This document shows positions 52,346 through 61,737 of a stretch of 64,000 bases of DNA, piece after piece. Under the pieces are notes generated by a model. It made no database searches and was not told the DNA's origin. It saw nothing but the letters and a program-made list of their open reading frames with translations. This stretch comes from Spirochaetia bacterium. GTDB lineage: Bacteria > Spirochaetota > Spirochaetia > SZUA-6 > Bin103. How positions within the stretch are numbered: the first letter of the stretch is position 1; every line of letters starts with the position of its first letter. The stretch is taken from the NCBI GenBank assembly GCA_965203905.1, contig CBDBDQ010000005.1, positions 5,344,001-5,408,000 on the forward strand, in the 5' to 3' direction. Made by a program: the position numbers and the translations under genes.

Positions 52346-53092
52346 ATGGAGAACAACATAGTCATTGCCGCCGCACAATCGCGCTCCATAAGAGGTGACT
52401 TGCAGGATAACATTCTTACGCATTTGCGGTTCATAGAAAGAGCCGCTGCTGCTGGTTGTCGTCTGCTCGTGTTTCCTGAATTGTCACTCATCGGATATGA
52501 GCTGGATCTCGCTGCTACGCTCCAGTTCAGGAGAGACGACCCGCGGCTGGACCCAATACGAAACGCGGCGAAGAAACATGACATGCATATAGTCGTCGGC
52601 GGGCCTCTAGCTTCGGAGGAGGAAAGGCCATATCTCGGCGCTCTTGTTGTTTCACCGCAACGAACCGTCTGTTACCCGAAGACTCACGTTCATGAAAGTG
52701 AGGCCCCGTACTTCCTCTCTGGAGAGGACAGTTGTGTAGTAGTTATTGACGGGAACCGCGTGGGGATAGCCATATGCGCAGATACGAGCTACGCTTCTCA
52801 CGCCGCGACCGTGGCTAGCCGAGGGGCGCAGCTATACGTCGCGTCCGTAATGAAAACGAATGCAGAGATGTTCGATCACGTACGCAGGATGAACCAATAC
52901 GCGATCGCTCATCGGATGGGAATCTTGACGGCGAACTACGCCGGCTCAAGTGGTCGGCGGGAATCCGCCGGAAAGAGTGCGTTCTGGGACGAACGAGGGG
53001 ATCTCATTGTGCAGGTGGATTCCAACGTCGAATCCTTATTGGTTTCGCGCCGAGACAACGGATATTGGAACGGCGAGATCATTGCACTCTGA
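52346..53092 (+). CDS. Carbon-nitrogen hydrolase (nitrilase superfamily)
   Basis: Catalytic triad FPELS / YPKTH / ICAD; GKSAFWD. Confidence 0.88.
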   Translation: MENNIVIAAAQSRSIRGDLQDNILTHLRFIERAAAAGCRLLVFPELSLIGYELDLAATLQFRRDDPRLDPIRNAAKKHDMHIVVGGPLASEEERPYLGALVVSPQRTVCYPKTHVHESEAPYFLSGEDSCVVVIDGNRVGIAICADTSYASHAATVASRGAQLYVASVMKTNAEMFDHVRRMNQYAIAHRMGILTANYAGSSGRRESAGKSAFWDERGDLIVQVDSNVESLLVSRRDNGYWNGEIIAL

Positions 53093-53218
53093 CGGCTGTG
53101 GCAAGCTGGGCACCGAGTCGTGCCTCTACCTTAATCGCACACCGCTAGCGACCTCCGGCCTGCTCCGTGTGGATGCCAACGGCCGGGATAATCCCGTCGT
53201 AAAGGCCGTGACGTTATT

Positions 53219-53560
53219 GTGGACCGCGTTCTCGCCGACCGCGGCTTGTTCTCGGTAGCGGCCTACCTGCATGCGTGGAATCGACATGTCGACTCCTGTA
53301 TCCGGTCGATACCGGCCGATCGGCGGCTGGTGCTGCGGACCAACGAACTCGGCGGGTCGCATCGGTGTCTCGCGGAGTTCCTGGGCATACCGGTGAACTC
53401 TCTCGACGTCGCCCACGGCCACCGTAACCGCGGCACCCCGATGGAGCCGGTCACCTCCTTGGTAGCGCCAGGATACATCGACGAAGTGGTGCATTCGATC
53501 TGCGGCGCCAATATGGCCCTGCACTTTCCCGAGCTGAGCAGTGTTCGACGAGATCCGAGC
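53219..53560 (+). pseudogene. Possible sulfotransferase-like C-terminal fragment
   Basis: YLHAWNRH....IPADRRLVLRTNEL....LAEFLGIP. Confidence 0.4.
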
Positions 53561-53619
53561 CACGCGGAGCGGCTTCAACTCGGCCGAGAACGTACCGCGC
53601 GAGGTCCTGTACGAACGAC

Positions 53620-53880
53620 GTGCGGTTCGTTGACACGAACGTGCTGATCTATGCGGCCAGACCGTCGCCGCAGGAGGCGGAGAAGCGCCGCAGCGCCCAA
53701 GAGCTGCTGGAGCACGGCGATTTCGTGCTGTCGGTGGAGGTCCTGCAGGGAGTTCTACAATCAGGAGACGCGGCCGAACCGGACCTACTCGCTGACCGAT
53801 TGCATCTCGTACGAGACAAAGCGATCGCGGTATGGAGCTGGCCATCATCGGCAGGAAACGGCGCGGTTTCTACGGCGATG
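53620..53880 (+). pseudogene. PIN/VapC toxin remnants
   Basis: RFVDTNVLIYA, LSVEVL/REFY, YSLTDCISY. Confidence 0.7.
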
Positions 53881-54261
53881 GAGGCCATGCACCACGCGTA
53901 GTAGGTGACCACCTCGGCGCTGTCTGCGGGAGTGAACCACCAGGTACTTGGTCGCTCCGGTTGCCGCCGATTGCTGCGCGTGGCGGCGCAGCCAATGCGT
54001 TCTGATCCTGCGAGCGACACTCGAACACGTCCCACTACATGGTGGCCGGACAGGAGTACCGGTGGCAGGTAGCCGGCAGTCACTCCGTGAAGAAGGCGCC
54101 GGCCGCCGCATCAGTTCGTGGAGTCCGGGTAGATCTCGCGCCGGCCGTTCGTTGATTGCCTCCCATGCGCCGGCAGCTTCGGGAGGCAGGACGAACTCGG
54201 TTCGATCCGCGAGTACCTGGCGGGCGGCGGTGGTAACGCTGCTCAGGACGAACGCGGTCAC
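53870..54261 (-). pseudogene. DUF1778 antitoxin plus GNAT toxin remnants
   Basis: FVLSS..AARQVLADRTEFVL; WLRRHAQQS..G..VV; VVTYYAWCMASI. Confidence 0.7.
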
Positions 54262-54292
54262 GGTGGTACCGGCGCGGGCACGGCGCGGTCGA

Positions 54293-54468
54293 TCATCGCA
54301 CGGTCCTCCGGGGAGTTGCGGCCCGGCCCGCGAATCGGTCGAGGAAGTGGTCGCGGTCCCAGGTTACGAGCGTCGTCGCGAATGCCGCGTGCTTGCGAGC
54401 AGTCAACAGGAACTGGGCGTCACCGAGAGAAAGACGTTGGTGTCGATGAGGTACGGTCCCTGATCCAT
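54293..54468 (-). pseudogene. PIN toxin with internal deletion
   Basis: YLIDTNVFL joined directly to LGDAQ...LVTWDRDHF. Confidence 0.65.
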
Positions 54469-54704
54469 TCCGTGGCCTGCGACCAGTCGGAAAACACCGG
54501 TTCGGACTGCGCGAGCGCTGTTTCAACCTCCGCCCAGCGTTCGTCGGCCCCTGCGGCCGAACCATCCCTCTGGTCGTCGGTGCAAGGTGTCACTACCCCG
54601 ATTCGCTTGCCGCGGTAGGTAAGTACAAAGGGTTCTCCGGCGCGCAATCGCTTGATGAAGTCACCGGTGTGCTGTTTCAACGCCTTTGCCGTGATCACTC
54701 CCAT
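54420..54704 (-). CDS. Phd/YefM family antitoxin
   Basis: ITAKALKQHTGDFIKRLRAGEPFVLTYRGKRIGVVTP. Confidence 0.85.
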   Translation of the reverse strand: MGVITAKALKQHTGDFIKRLRAGEPFVLTYRGKRIGVVTPCTDDQRDGSAAGADERWAEVETALAQSEPVFSDWSQATEWIRDRTSSTPTSFSR

Positions 54705-54930
54705 CCGCCAAGCGTACACTTTCGCGTTTCAAACTGTCTGCTCCGCGAGATGGTCGTCAAACGCCATCCCCCGGCCACAGCGCCAGCCGCGGGGCGCCAG
54801 CTCCATGTAGCTGCGCCCGCGCTGCCGATGCCCACCAGCGGGAGGTAGACTGCGCGTGGCGGAGCCGGCGAGCGTGCGGCTTGCTCTACCTGGAGCCGGC
54901 GGTGGCCGTTCCGTACAATCCGGGGGCACC

Positions 54931-55581
54931 ATGGCACTGCAGATCTACACCCACGGCCGCCGCGACCGACCCACGGTGGCGCTGACGTTCGATGACGGCC
55001 CCAACCCGCCGGTGACCGATCAGATCCTGGAGATCCTGGCACAGCGCGAGGTCAGGGCCACCTTCTTTCCCATCGGCCGCTGGGTGGAGCGCTGGCCGCA
55101 GGCGTTCGCGCGCATGGTGGCGGCGGGGCACGTGATCGGCAACCACAGCTACGAGCACGACCGCTACCTGGGCGACTTCGACCGCGCCGAGGCGGTGCTC
55201 GCCAACGTCACCGGCAAGCCCTCGCGCTTCCTGCGCGCCCATTTCTTCCACTTCCACCTGTGCCTGCAGTCGCCCCTGGCCACCTCTCCGGGGATCAAGA
55301 TCGTCGATGCCGACGTCAACCCTGCCGACTACTCGCGCACCGACCCCGACGAGATCGTCAGGCTGACCCTGGAGTCGGACCAGTTGCAGGGCGGCTCGAT
55401 CATCGACCTGCACGACGGCGGGGAGATGGAAGATGACGCCACGCGCCTGTCCCGGCCGCGGCCGCTGATCGAGGCGCTGCCGCGGATCATCGACGGCCTG
55501 CGGGAACGCGGTCTGCAACCCGCCGGGCTGGATGAGATGGAGCTGGTCGATCCAGCCGAATGGCCCCCTCGCCGCGACTGA
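54931..55581 (+). CDS. Polysaccharide deacetylase (NodB/CE4)
   Basis: ALTFDDGP, ATFF, GNHSYEH, IIDLHD. Confidence 0.9.
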   Translation: MALQIYTHGRRDRPTVALTFDDGPNPPVTDQILEILAQREVRATFFPIGRWVERWPQAFARMVAAGHVIGNHSYEHDRYLGDFDRAEAVLANVTGKPSRFLRAHFFHFHLCLQSPLATSPGIKIVDADVNPADYSRTDPDEIVRLTLESDQLQGGSIIDLHDGGEMEDDATRLSRPRPLIEALPRIIDGLRERGLQPAGLDEMELVDPAEWPPRRD

Positions 55582-55628
55582 GGTAGATTCTTGCAGACAA
55601 GTTACGTTTTTCGTAACCTGTCTGCACG

Positions 55629-56288
55629 ATGCAGTCGCTGACGGAAGCCGTATTCGAGCTTGCGCCGCCGGGCGGGCTGTTCAACGAGACGGTGGTGAGC
55701 AACCTCTTTCCTCACCGGTCGGACGGCGCTCGCAAGCAGTTGGTGCATCGGGCCGTGGCAAGCGGCGAGATCATTCGTCTCAGGCCGGGGATCTTCGCGT
55801 TGCGCCCGGAATACCGCAGGTCGGAGTTGCACCCGTATGTCGTTGCCGCGTTTCTGCATTCGCCGTCACATGTCAGTCTGGAGTCCGCGCTTGCTCATCA
55901 CGGTCTCATTCCGGAGGCGGTTCAGCAGATCAGCAGTGTAACTGCGCGGCGGAGTCGGTCGTTCACGACGACCCTGGGGGTATTCTCGTTTCAACGCGTT
56001 CCCGCGCGCCAACCGCGGGCCGGCGTGGAGGCGGTCAAGCTCGGGTCCGGATCGTGGGCGTTCGTTGCGACGCCGTTGCGCGCTCTGGCGGACATGCTCT
56101 ATCTCAACAAGTCGGTGTCCTGGCCGAAGGACGGTCTCGGGTACGTTCTGGAGTCGCTGCGTATCGAGCCGGACGACCTGAGCGGCGTGTCAATCGCGGC
56201 GCTGCCCGAGATCAGCGCCAGCGTCCGAGACCGAAGGGTCGTCTCCTATCTGGAGCATCTGGCGAAGGAGGCACCTCTTGCTGAGTGA
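55629..56288 (+). CDS. AbiEi-family (type IV TA) antitoxin, no AbiEii follows
   Basis: IIRLRPGIF, SPSHVSLESALAHHGLIPE, ATPLRALAD. Confidence 0.8.
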   Translation: MQSLTEAVFELAPPGGLFNETVVSNLFPHRSDGARKQLVHRAVASGEIIRLRPGIFALRPEYRRSELHPYVVAAFLHSPSHVSLESALAHHGLIPEAVQQISSVTARRSRSFTTTLGVFSFQRVPARQPRAGVEAVKLGSGSWAFVATPLRALADMLYLNKSVSWPKDGLGYVLESLRIEPDDLSGVSIAALPEISASVRDRRVVSYLEHLAKEAPLAE

Positions 56289-56333
56289 TGTACTGCAGGC
56301 GCATGGTTGCGTACCTGGCCAGGTAAGTGAACT

Positions 56334-57608
56334 TCACGTGCCGTCCGCGACGGCGCGCAGGCGTGAGGTCAGTCCGTCCAGGTTGAAGCAGTCGACGTAG
56401 CGGGAGATCGAGGCCTTGATGCGGCCGAGGACGAAGGCTTCCGGCTCGCCGCCGGCCGCTGACAGGTTCGCAAACAGACGCTCGGTGGCCTCCAACACTG
56501 CCGGATCGTGGAACACGTAGTGCCCGCAGATCTCCGCGAGGCGGAACGCACGTCCCGGATCCTGCAACGCGGCCTCCACCGACAGCTCGTCGTCCGCGCC
56601 GGTCATCCACTTGCGCCAGCGCTCGCTCGCCACGGCCCGCCTGGTGAAGGTCGGGAGAAAGCCCGAGGACTCGGCGATCCGTCCGGCGGCACGCTGCTCT
56701 TCTTCAGCCTGCGCCAGAGCCAGGTAGGCGCGCGATTCCTCCACCCCGAACTCGGGGGCGACGTTGGCCGCGGAGACCCTTAGCAGAGGATGATGGAGCA
56801 GCGCCCGGTCTTCGAGGTAGTCGGCGTTGTGCTCCTTGAGCCCCGCTCCGTGGCCGCGGGCGGCGGCGGACAGCGCCGCGGCCGCGTCCATGTCGAAGCG
56901 GCCGACGTTTTCCGTCAATCGAACCAACGTGCCCGTCTGGCCCACGACGAACACCGGCGCGGGCAGCCCCTTGCGACCCAGCTCCCGGTTCAGATTGCCG
57001 ATGAACGACTGGTAGGCCCCGGTCGTGGTCAGCCCGCCGTCGGTCTCCTCGGTTCCCGCCTCATACGCCATCTCCGGCAGTTGCCGGCTGCGCCGCTCCC
57101 GCTCGACGTACTCGATCAGCTCCACCGAGCGGGCAATCACTTCGCCGATCGGCACCCCGGAATCGCGATGCGGGTCGCGCGTGGGGTCGATGTGGAGCAG
57201 GTCGAATCCCTGCAGCAGGTCCTCCAGGTAGGAACTGCGGGCGCTGGCCATGGCGTGGTCGAGGCCGATCCCCGCGCGCAGCTCTTCGTCCCGGTGCCAG
57301 GGACCGCCGTGGTCGCGACACACGTAGTACAGGCCGGTGAACCCGATCTCCTCGGCGATCCGGCGGATCGCCCCGACGAACGCGGCCTGGTCCCAGCCGG
57401 CAACGTAGCCGCCGCCGAGCTGGCGCGTGTCTACCTGGTTGCGGCTGGCGATGAACAGCAGGGGAAAGTCGCGCTCCTGCGCTAGTTCCAGCGCGGCGCG
57501 CACGATACGCTGCGACATGGGCCCGACGCCGAGCAGCGTGGCGTGCGAGCCCGCCGCCTCGAGGTCCTGCAGTGCGCGATGGAGTCGGGGATAGGTCAGT
57601 CGAGACAT
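56334..57608 (-). CDS. GatZ/KbaZ-like tagatose-phosphate pathway protein
   Basis: GPMS, ASRNQVD..GGY, RDHGGPW, LHIDP, YEAGTEE, KEHNADY, NVAPEFG. Confidence 0.8.
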   Translation of the reverse strand: MSRLTYPRLHRALQDLEAAGSHATLLGVGPMSQRIVRAALELAQERDFPLLFIASRNQVDTRQLGGGYVAGWDQAAFVGAIRRIAEEIGFTGLYYVCRDHGGPWHRDEELRAGIGLDHAMASARSSYLEDLLQGFDLLHIDPTRDPHRDSGVPIGEVIARSVELIEYVERERRSRQLPEMAYEAGTEETDGGLTTTGAYQSFIGNLNRELGRKGLPAPVFVVGQTGTLVRLTENVGRFDMDAAAALSAAARGHGAGLKEHNADYLEDRALLHHPLLRVSAANVAPEFGVEESRAYLALAQAEEEQRAAGRIAESSGFLPTFTRRAVASERWRKWMTGADDELSVEAALQDPGRAFRLAEICGHYVFHDPAVLEATERLFANLSAAGGEPEAFVLGRIKASISRYVDCFNLDGLTSRLRAVADGT

Positions 57609-57679
57609 GTCGTCGTGGCGGTTGCGGCGGGTATAGCACCGTCCTTGCAAAATGTCATCCGAGCGCGGACGATGCCGGC

Positions 57680-58687
57680 ATGGGACTGTTCTCACGAGCC
57701 GATGCCGCGGTGGAGCGTTCGGTGCCACCGGAAGTCAGGAACCTGGAGCTGTTGAGCAGGCCGATCGAGATCATCAGCGACGACTACAATCTCGGCGACT
57801 GGCAAGAAACGCCGTCCAAGATCATCCGCCACGACGGCTGCTATCACATGTGGATCATCGACACACCGTTGGGCGGCAGGACGCGGCCCGCCGGGACCAG
57901 CACCACCCGCTACCTGAAATCGCGGGATGGCGCGCAGTGGCTGGACCAGGGCTTCATTCCCACCGGTGCCGCCGGGAGCCACGACGACCACGACCGGCTG
58001 GCCCCGGACGTGGTGCGCCACGATGGCAGGTTCTACCTGTTCTACGAGTCGCAGACGAGCAACCCGCCACGGTGGGGCGGCCACAGCAGGTGCGGCATCG
58101 GCTGCATCGTGGCGGATGATCCCGCCGGCCCCTGGCTTCCGGCGACGGACGATCTGCTGCTGCGACCAGCCACCGATGCGGGAGCATTCGATCATGCCGT
58201 GGTGACCAATCCGCGGATGGAGTACCTGCACGGCAAGTGGTTCATGTACTACAAGGCACGGAAGTTCCACGTCGGCGAGACGCCTGCCGGGTACCTGACC
58301 GAGAACGGGGTAGCCGTGTCCGATCACCTGCTCGGTCCCTATACCAAGTACGACGGCAATCCCCTGATGACCGGCCACTCGGCGTTCCTGCTGAAGTACA
58401 AGCACGGACTGATCTACTTCAACACCGCGCCGGAGCAGGTCTGCTGGACCGAGGACGGGTTCACGTTCGTCGCCGTGAAGGACTTCGGCGGGGAGCATGA
58501 CACCGGCGCCTTCATGCGCTGGTCGGCGTTCCACCTGCCGAACCACCCGCTCTACGGGGGCGACCCGTCGTTGCCCGACGCCACGGAAGTGTGGGGCGTC
58601 AGCTCGATGTGGCGGGAACGTTTCGGCTATCACCAGCTCAACAACGACATCATCGGAGTCACCTGCCGCCTGAGCCCGGGCGAGTAG
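57680..58687 (+). CDS. Five-bladed beta-propeller glycoside hydrolase (GH43/GH117-like)
   Basis: LAPDVVRHDGRFYLFYE, AGPW, FD..VTNP..GKWFMYYK, GPYTKYDGNP. Confidence 0.7.
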   Translation: MGLFSRADAAVERSVPPEVRNLELLSRPIEIISDDYNLGDWQETPSKIIRHDGCYHMWIIDTPLGGRTRPAGTSTTRYLKSRDGAQWLDQGFIPTGAAGSHDDHDRLAPDVVRHDGRFYLFYESQTSNPPRWGGHSRCGIGCIVADDPAGPWLPATDDLLLRPATDAGAFDHAVVTNPRMEYLHGKWFMYYKARKFHVGETPAGYLTENGVAVSDHLLGPYTKYDGNPLMTGHSAFLLKYKHGLIYFNTAPEQVCWTEDGFTFVAVKDFGGEHDTGAFMRWSAFHLPNHPLYGGDPSLPDATEVWGVSSMWRERFGYHQLNNDIIGVTCRLSPGE

Positions 58688-58724
58688 CGGCAAAGCGCCG
58701 ACGGCGGCCGCCCATGTCGCCTAC

Positions 58725-58761
58725 TTGACGTTCTATTTAATATAGATTAATTGAGTTAATC
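58725..58761 (+). promoter_or_regulatory. AT-rich promoter/operator with two adjacent palindromes
   Basis: TTGACG at 58725-58730; TCTAT-N5-ATAGA (58732-58746) and GATTAA-N5-TTAATC (58745-58761) just before ATG 58765. Confidence 0.6.
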
Positions 58762-58764
58762 GTT

Positions 58765-59454
58765 ATGTACGAACCGAGTCCTGTCGGGCAGGCCCGACCA
58801 CGCGATCCGGCGGCCCGCGCCGCGGGCTGGCTGCTGCTGGCGACCGCGGCCGCCACCGTCGTGGCTGTGATCGGCCGGGTGGCGGCGCAGGCGGACCTCG
58901 CCACGCTTGCCGAGTCGCTGGCCGCCATCGGCGCGCACCGCGGGCGCTACGGGATCGGCGGCGCGGGGCGCCTGCTCTCCGGACTCACGCTGCTCGCGGG
59001 GGCCTGGTTCCTGTTGCGCACCTGGATCATGCGCCTGCGCCTGGGCTCCAGGATGGTGCCGCTGCTGCTCGGTGTCTCCGGAGTGGCCACCGCGATTTCG
59101 GGCGCGGGTGCGGTCATCCTGGCGATCGTGGCTCCTGGATCGCCCGACGCCCTTGCGCCGGTGGCGGATGTCCGCTGGATCAGCGGCAAGATCGGGTTCG
59201 GTCTCGGCGGTCTGGCGTTGGTCGCGGCAGCGCTTCGGCAGTGGCGCGTGGGCGGCTTCCTGCGCCCGGTGGCGCCGGTCTCGGCACTCGTCGGAGCGGC
59301 GATGCAGCTCATCTGGGTCGACGCCGCGATCATCGCGCACCGGGTCACCGGAGTTGCGTTCCTGTTGTGGCTTGTCGCCATTGGCTTGCTGTTGGTGACC
59401 GGCCGCGTGGAGCAGCGATTCGCCGAGCTGGCCCGAGGGGAATCCGCCGCGTAA
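58765..59454 (+). CDS. Integral membrane protein (about 6 TM)
   Basis: Multiple hydrophobic segments, 229 aa. Confidence 0.7.
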   Translation: MYEPSPVGQARPRDPAARAAGWLLLATAAATVVAVIGRVAAQADLATLAESLAAIGAHRGRYGIGGAGRLLSGLTLLAGAWFLLRTWIMRLRLGSRMVPLLLGVSGVATAISGAGAVILAIVAPGSPDALAPVADVRWISGKIGFGLGGLALVAAALRQWRVGGFLRPVAPVSALVGAAMQLIWVDAAIIAHRVTGVAFLLWLVAIGLLLVTGRVEQRFAELARGESAA

Positions 59455-59466
59455 CGAGCTTCCGAG

Positions 59467-60450
59467 CTACCGCACGGCGGCCAGGGCAGGTTCCGGCGCA
59501 GCGCCGGAGGTGAGCGACACGCGGCCCACGTCCGCGCTCGCCAGCGCCGCGCTGACCTGGCGCCGTTCGCCGGTGGAGAGCGGCTGTACCGGCTCGCGCA
59601 TCAGCGGCGAGCTGAACACGCCGCGCTGGTAGAGCGCCTCGTTCATGCGCGCGTGCGCCTCTCCCGACGGCTGGCCGATGCCGTAGATCGCCTCCGCCAT
59701 CGGAAAGATCCGCTCCTGCAGTTCGCGCGTACGGCGGAAGTCGTCGTCCAGCACCGCCTGCCAGGCGTCGCAGATCAACTCGGGGATGCAGCCGGCGAAC
59801 CCGATCAGCGCGCCGTCGACGCCGACGTACATCGAGGACAGCAGCGACTCGTCGTGGCAGGTGAGCAGCGACAGCTCCGGGGCCTGGGCGCGGAACAGGC
59901 GGCAGTCGCGCTCGTACAGCGCCATGTGGCGAGTGCCGGTCTTCAGCGCCTTGACGTTGGGGATCCGCGCCAGCTCCAGCACCGTCTCCGCCGGGTAGAA
60001 CGCCTTGGTGGCGAACGGGTAGAGGTGGATGATGATGCCGATGTCGATCGCCTCCGCGATGCGGCGGAAGAACTGCACCGGCGACTCGGGCTTCATGCCG
60101 AAGCGCAGCCAGGTGTGCGGCGGCATCACCAGGATGCCGTCGGCACCGGCGTCCTGCGCGGCGCAGGCGTGGTCGATCGCCTCCAGGGTACCCTCGGCGC
60201 TGATTCCCGACACCACCGTGACGCGGTCGCCCACCTCGTCGGCGATGATGGCGGTGACCTGCGCCCGCTCCTCGGGCCGCAACGACGTGATCTCCCCGGT
60301 GTGGCCGTTGCACACCAGGCCGTCGATCAGGTCGAAGTCGGCCAGCCAGCGCACGTAGGCGCGCAACTCCGGCTCGTTGATGCCGTAGTCCTCGGTCAGC
60401 GGCAGGCAGGTGGCGGGAAAGATGTTGCGCCACGACTTGTGGTTGTTCAT
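59467..60450 (-). CDS. DapA/NAL-family class I aldolase/lyase
   Basis: NGHTGE, VMPP, IHLYP, NVKALKTG (Schiff-base Lys). Confidence 0.88.
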   Translation of the reverse strand: MNNHKSWRNIFPATCLPLTEDYGINEPELRAYVRWLADFDLIDGLVCNGHTGEITSLRPEERAQVTAIIADEVGDRVTVVSGISAEGTLEAIDHACAAQDAGADGILVMPPHTWLRFGMKPESPVQFFRRIAEAIDIGIIIHLYPFATKAFYPAETVLELARIPNVKALKTGTRHMALYERDCRLFRAQAPELSLLTCHDESLLSSMYVGVDGALIGFAGCIPELICDAWQAVLDDDFRRTRELQERIFPMAEAIYGIGQPSGEAHARMNEALYQRGVFSSPLMREPVQPLSTGERRQVSAALASADVGRVSLTSGAAPEPALAAVR

Positions 60451-60481
60451 CGAAAGCTCCTCGGGTCTGTTGAGTGAGTCT

Positions 60482-61579
60482 TCACTCGGGAATCTCGGCT
60501 ACGTAGACCTGCGCCTGTCCGGTGCGGTCGCTGGTGAACACCACCTTGCGCCCGTCCGGTGAGAACGCGGGGTGCGGGTGGGTATGCTGCGGTGCGTACA
60601 CCTGCACCGGACCATCATCATACGGACAGTGGTCCGTGTCCCAATGTGCCCCAACATTGCTTGCCTGGGAAGTGCACAGCGGCCGCGGCGTGCCGACGCC
60701 GTCACCGGCATCGAACAGCATCAGGCCCCGGTCGGGGAAGGTGGTGTCGCTCACCAACCGGGTGCCGTCGCGGGAGACCGCCGCGTGCCAGGCGTTGAAA
60801 CCGCACACCTGGCGCACCGCCCCGGTGTCCACCTCGATGCCGATCATCCCGTGCGGCCACCTGGTGGTGACGATCTCACGCGTTCCCGGGCGCCAGGTCT
60901 CGTGCACGATCCACTCCCGTGCGGCTTCGTCGCGGCGGTAGGCGAGACGCTGCTCACTGCCGTCGCGGCGCGCGACCCAGATGCGCTGGTGATACGGTCC
61001 CGCGTAGCGCAGCCACTCGGCGTCGTCGGGGTGAAACTCGGGGTGGCCAATGGTGTCCGCCTCCAGCACGTAGTCGGCGGCGCCGGTGGCGGTGTCCACC
61101 AGCAGCATGCGGGCCCGCTCCGGCGCGTTCACCGGAACCGCCCACCAGCGGTCGTCGCGGCTCACGGTGGTGGTGCCCATCGCCGCCCCCACGACCCCTT
61201 CGTGCCGCGTCTCCACCGAGTCGAAGGCGACGAGCTGTTCCTCGCGCCAGGTCGCCGTCTCCACCCGCCAGCAACCCTCCGGATCCGTGAAGTAGACGTA
61301 GCGCCCGTCGTGGGAGGGATGCACCGACCACTCCGCCAGCCCCGGATGGTCGGTCGCCTGCACGATGCTGCCGTCCTCCTGCAGCTCCAGGAAGATCTCG
61401 GGCCGGCCGCTGCGGTGGGAGATGAACACCAGGTGCGCCATGGCGTCGTCCATCGCCGGCAGGTAGTAGAACGGATGGTGATGGATCGACTGGTGGCCGG
61501 TAACCCGGCGCACCCGCGCGCCGGTGACCGGATCGGTGTAGCTGCTCCCCTCCGTGGGGAATACGGTGCCTCGCGCCAT
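60482..61579 (-). CDS. Oligogalacturonate lyase-like beta-propeller
   Basis: DPVTGARVRRVT, HHPFYY, GHPEF, HETW, HPHPAFSPDG.VVFTSDRTG. Confidence 0.78.
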   Translation of the reverse strand: MARGTVFPTEGSSYTDPVTGARVRRVTGHQSIHHHPFYYLPAMDDAMAHLVFISHRSGRPEIFLELQEDGSIVQATDHPGLAEWSVHPSHDGRYVYFTDPEGCWRVETATWREEQLVAFDSVETRHEGVVGAAMGTTTVSRDDRWWAVPVNAPERARMLLVDTATGAADYVLEADTIGHPEFHPDDAEWLRYAGPYHQRIWVARRDGSEQRLAYRRDEAAREWIVHETWRPGTREIVTTRWPHGMIGIEVDTGAVRQVCGFNAWHAAVSRDGTRLVSDTTFPDRGLMLFDAGDGVGTPRPLCTSQASNVGAHWDTDHCPYDDGPVQVYAPQHTHPHPAFSPDGRKVVFTSDRTGQAQVYVAEIPE

Positions 61580-61737
61580 GCTGCGTCGCCGATTGTGCGC
61601 GGCGCCGCCCGCCGGGTCAACGCCGCTGCCAGTAGCGCTGATCCTCGCCTGACACATCGCCCACGGTGAAGGAGATCAGGGCCGTTGACCGAAGACGATT
61701 GGGCAGCGGCGACCGGTCTTCGTAAGGAAATGAGTGG

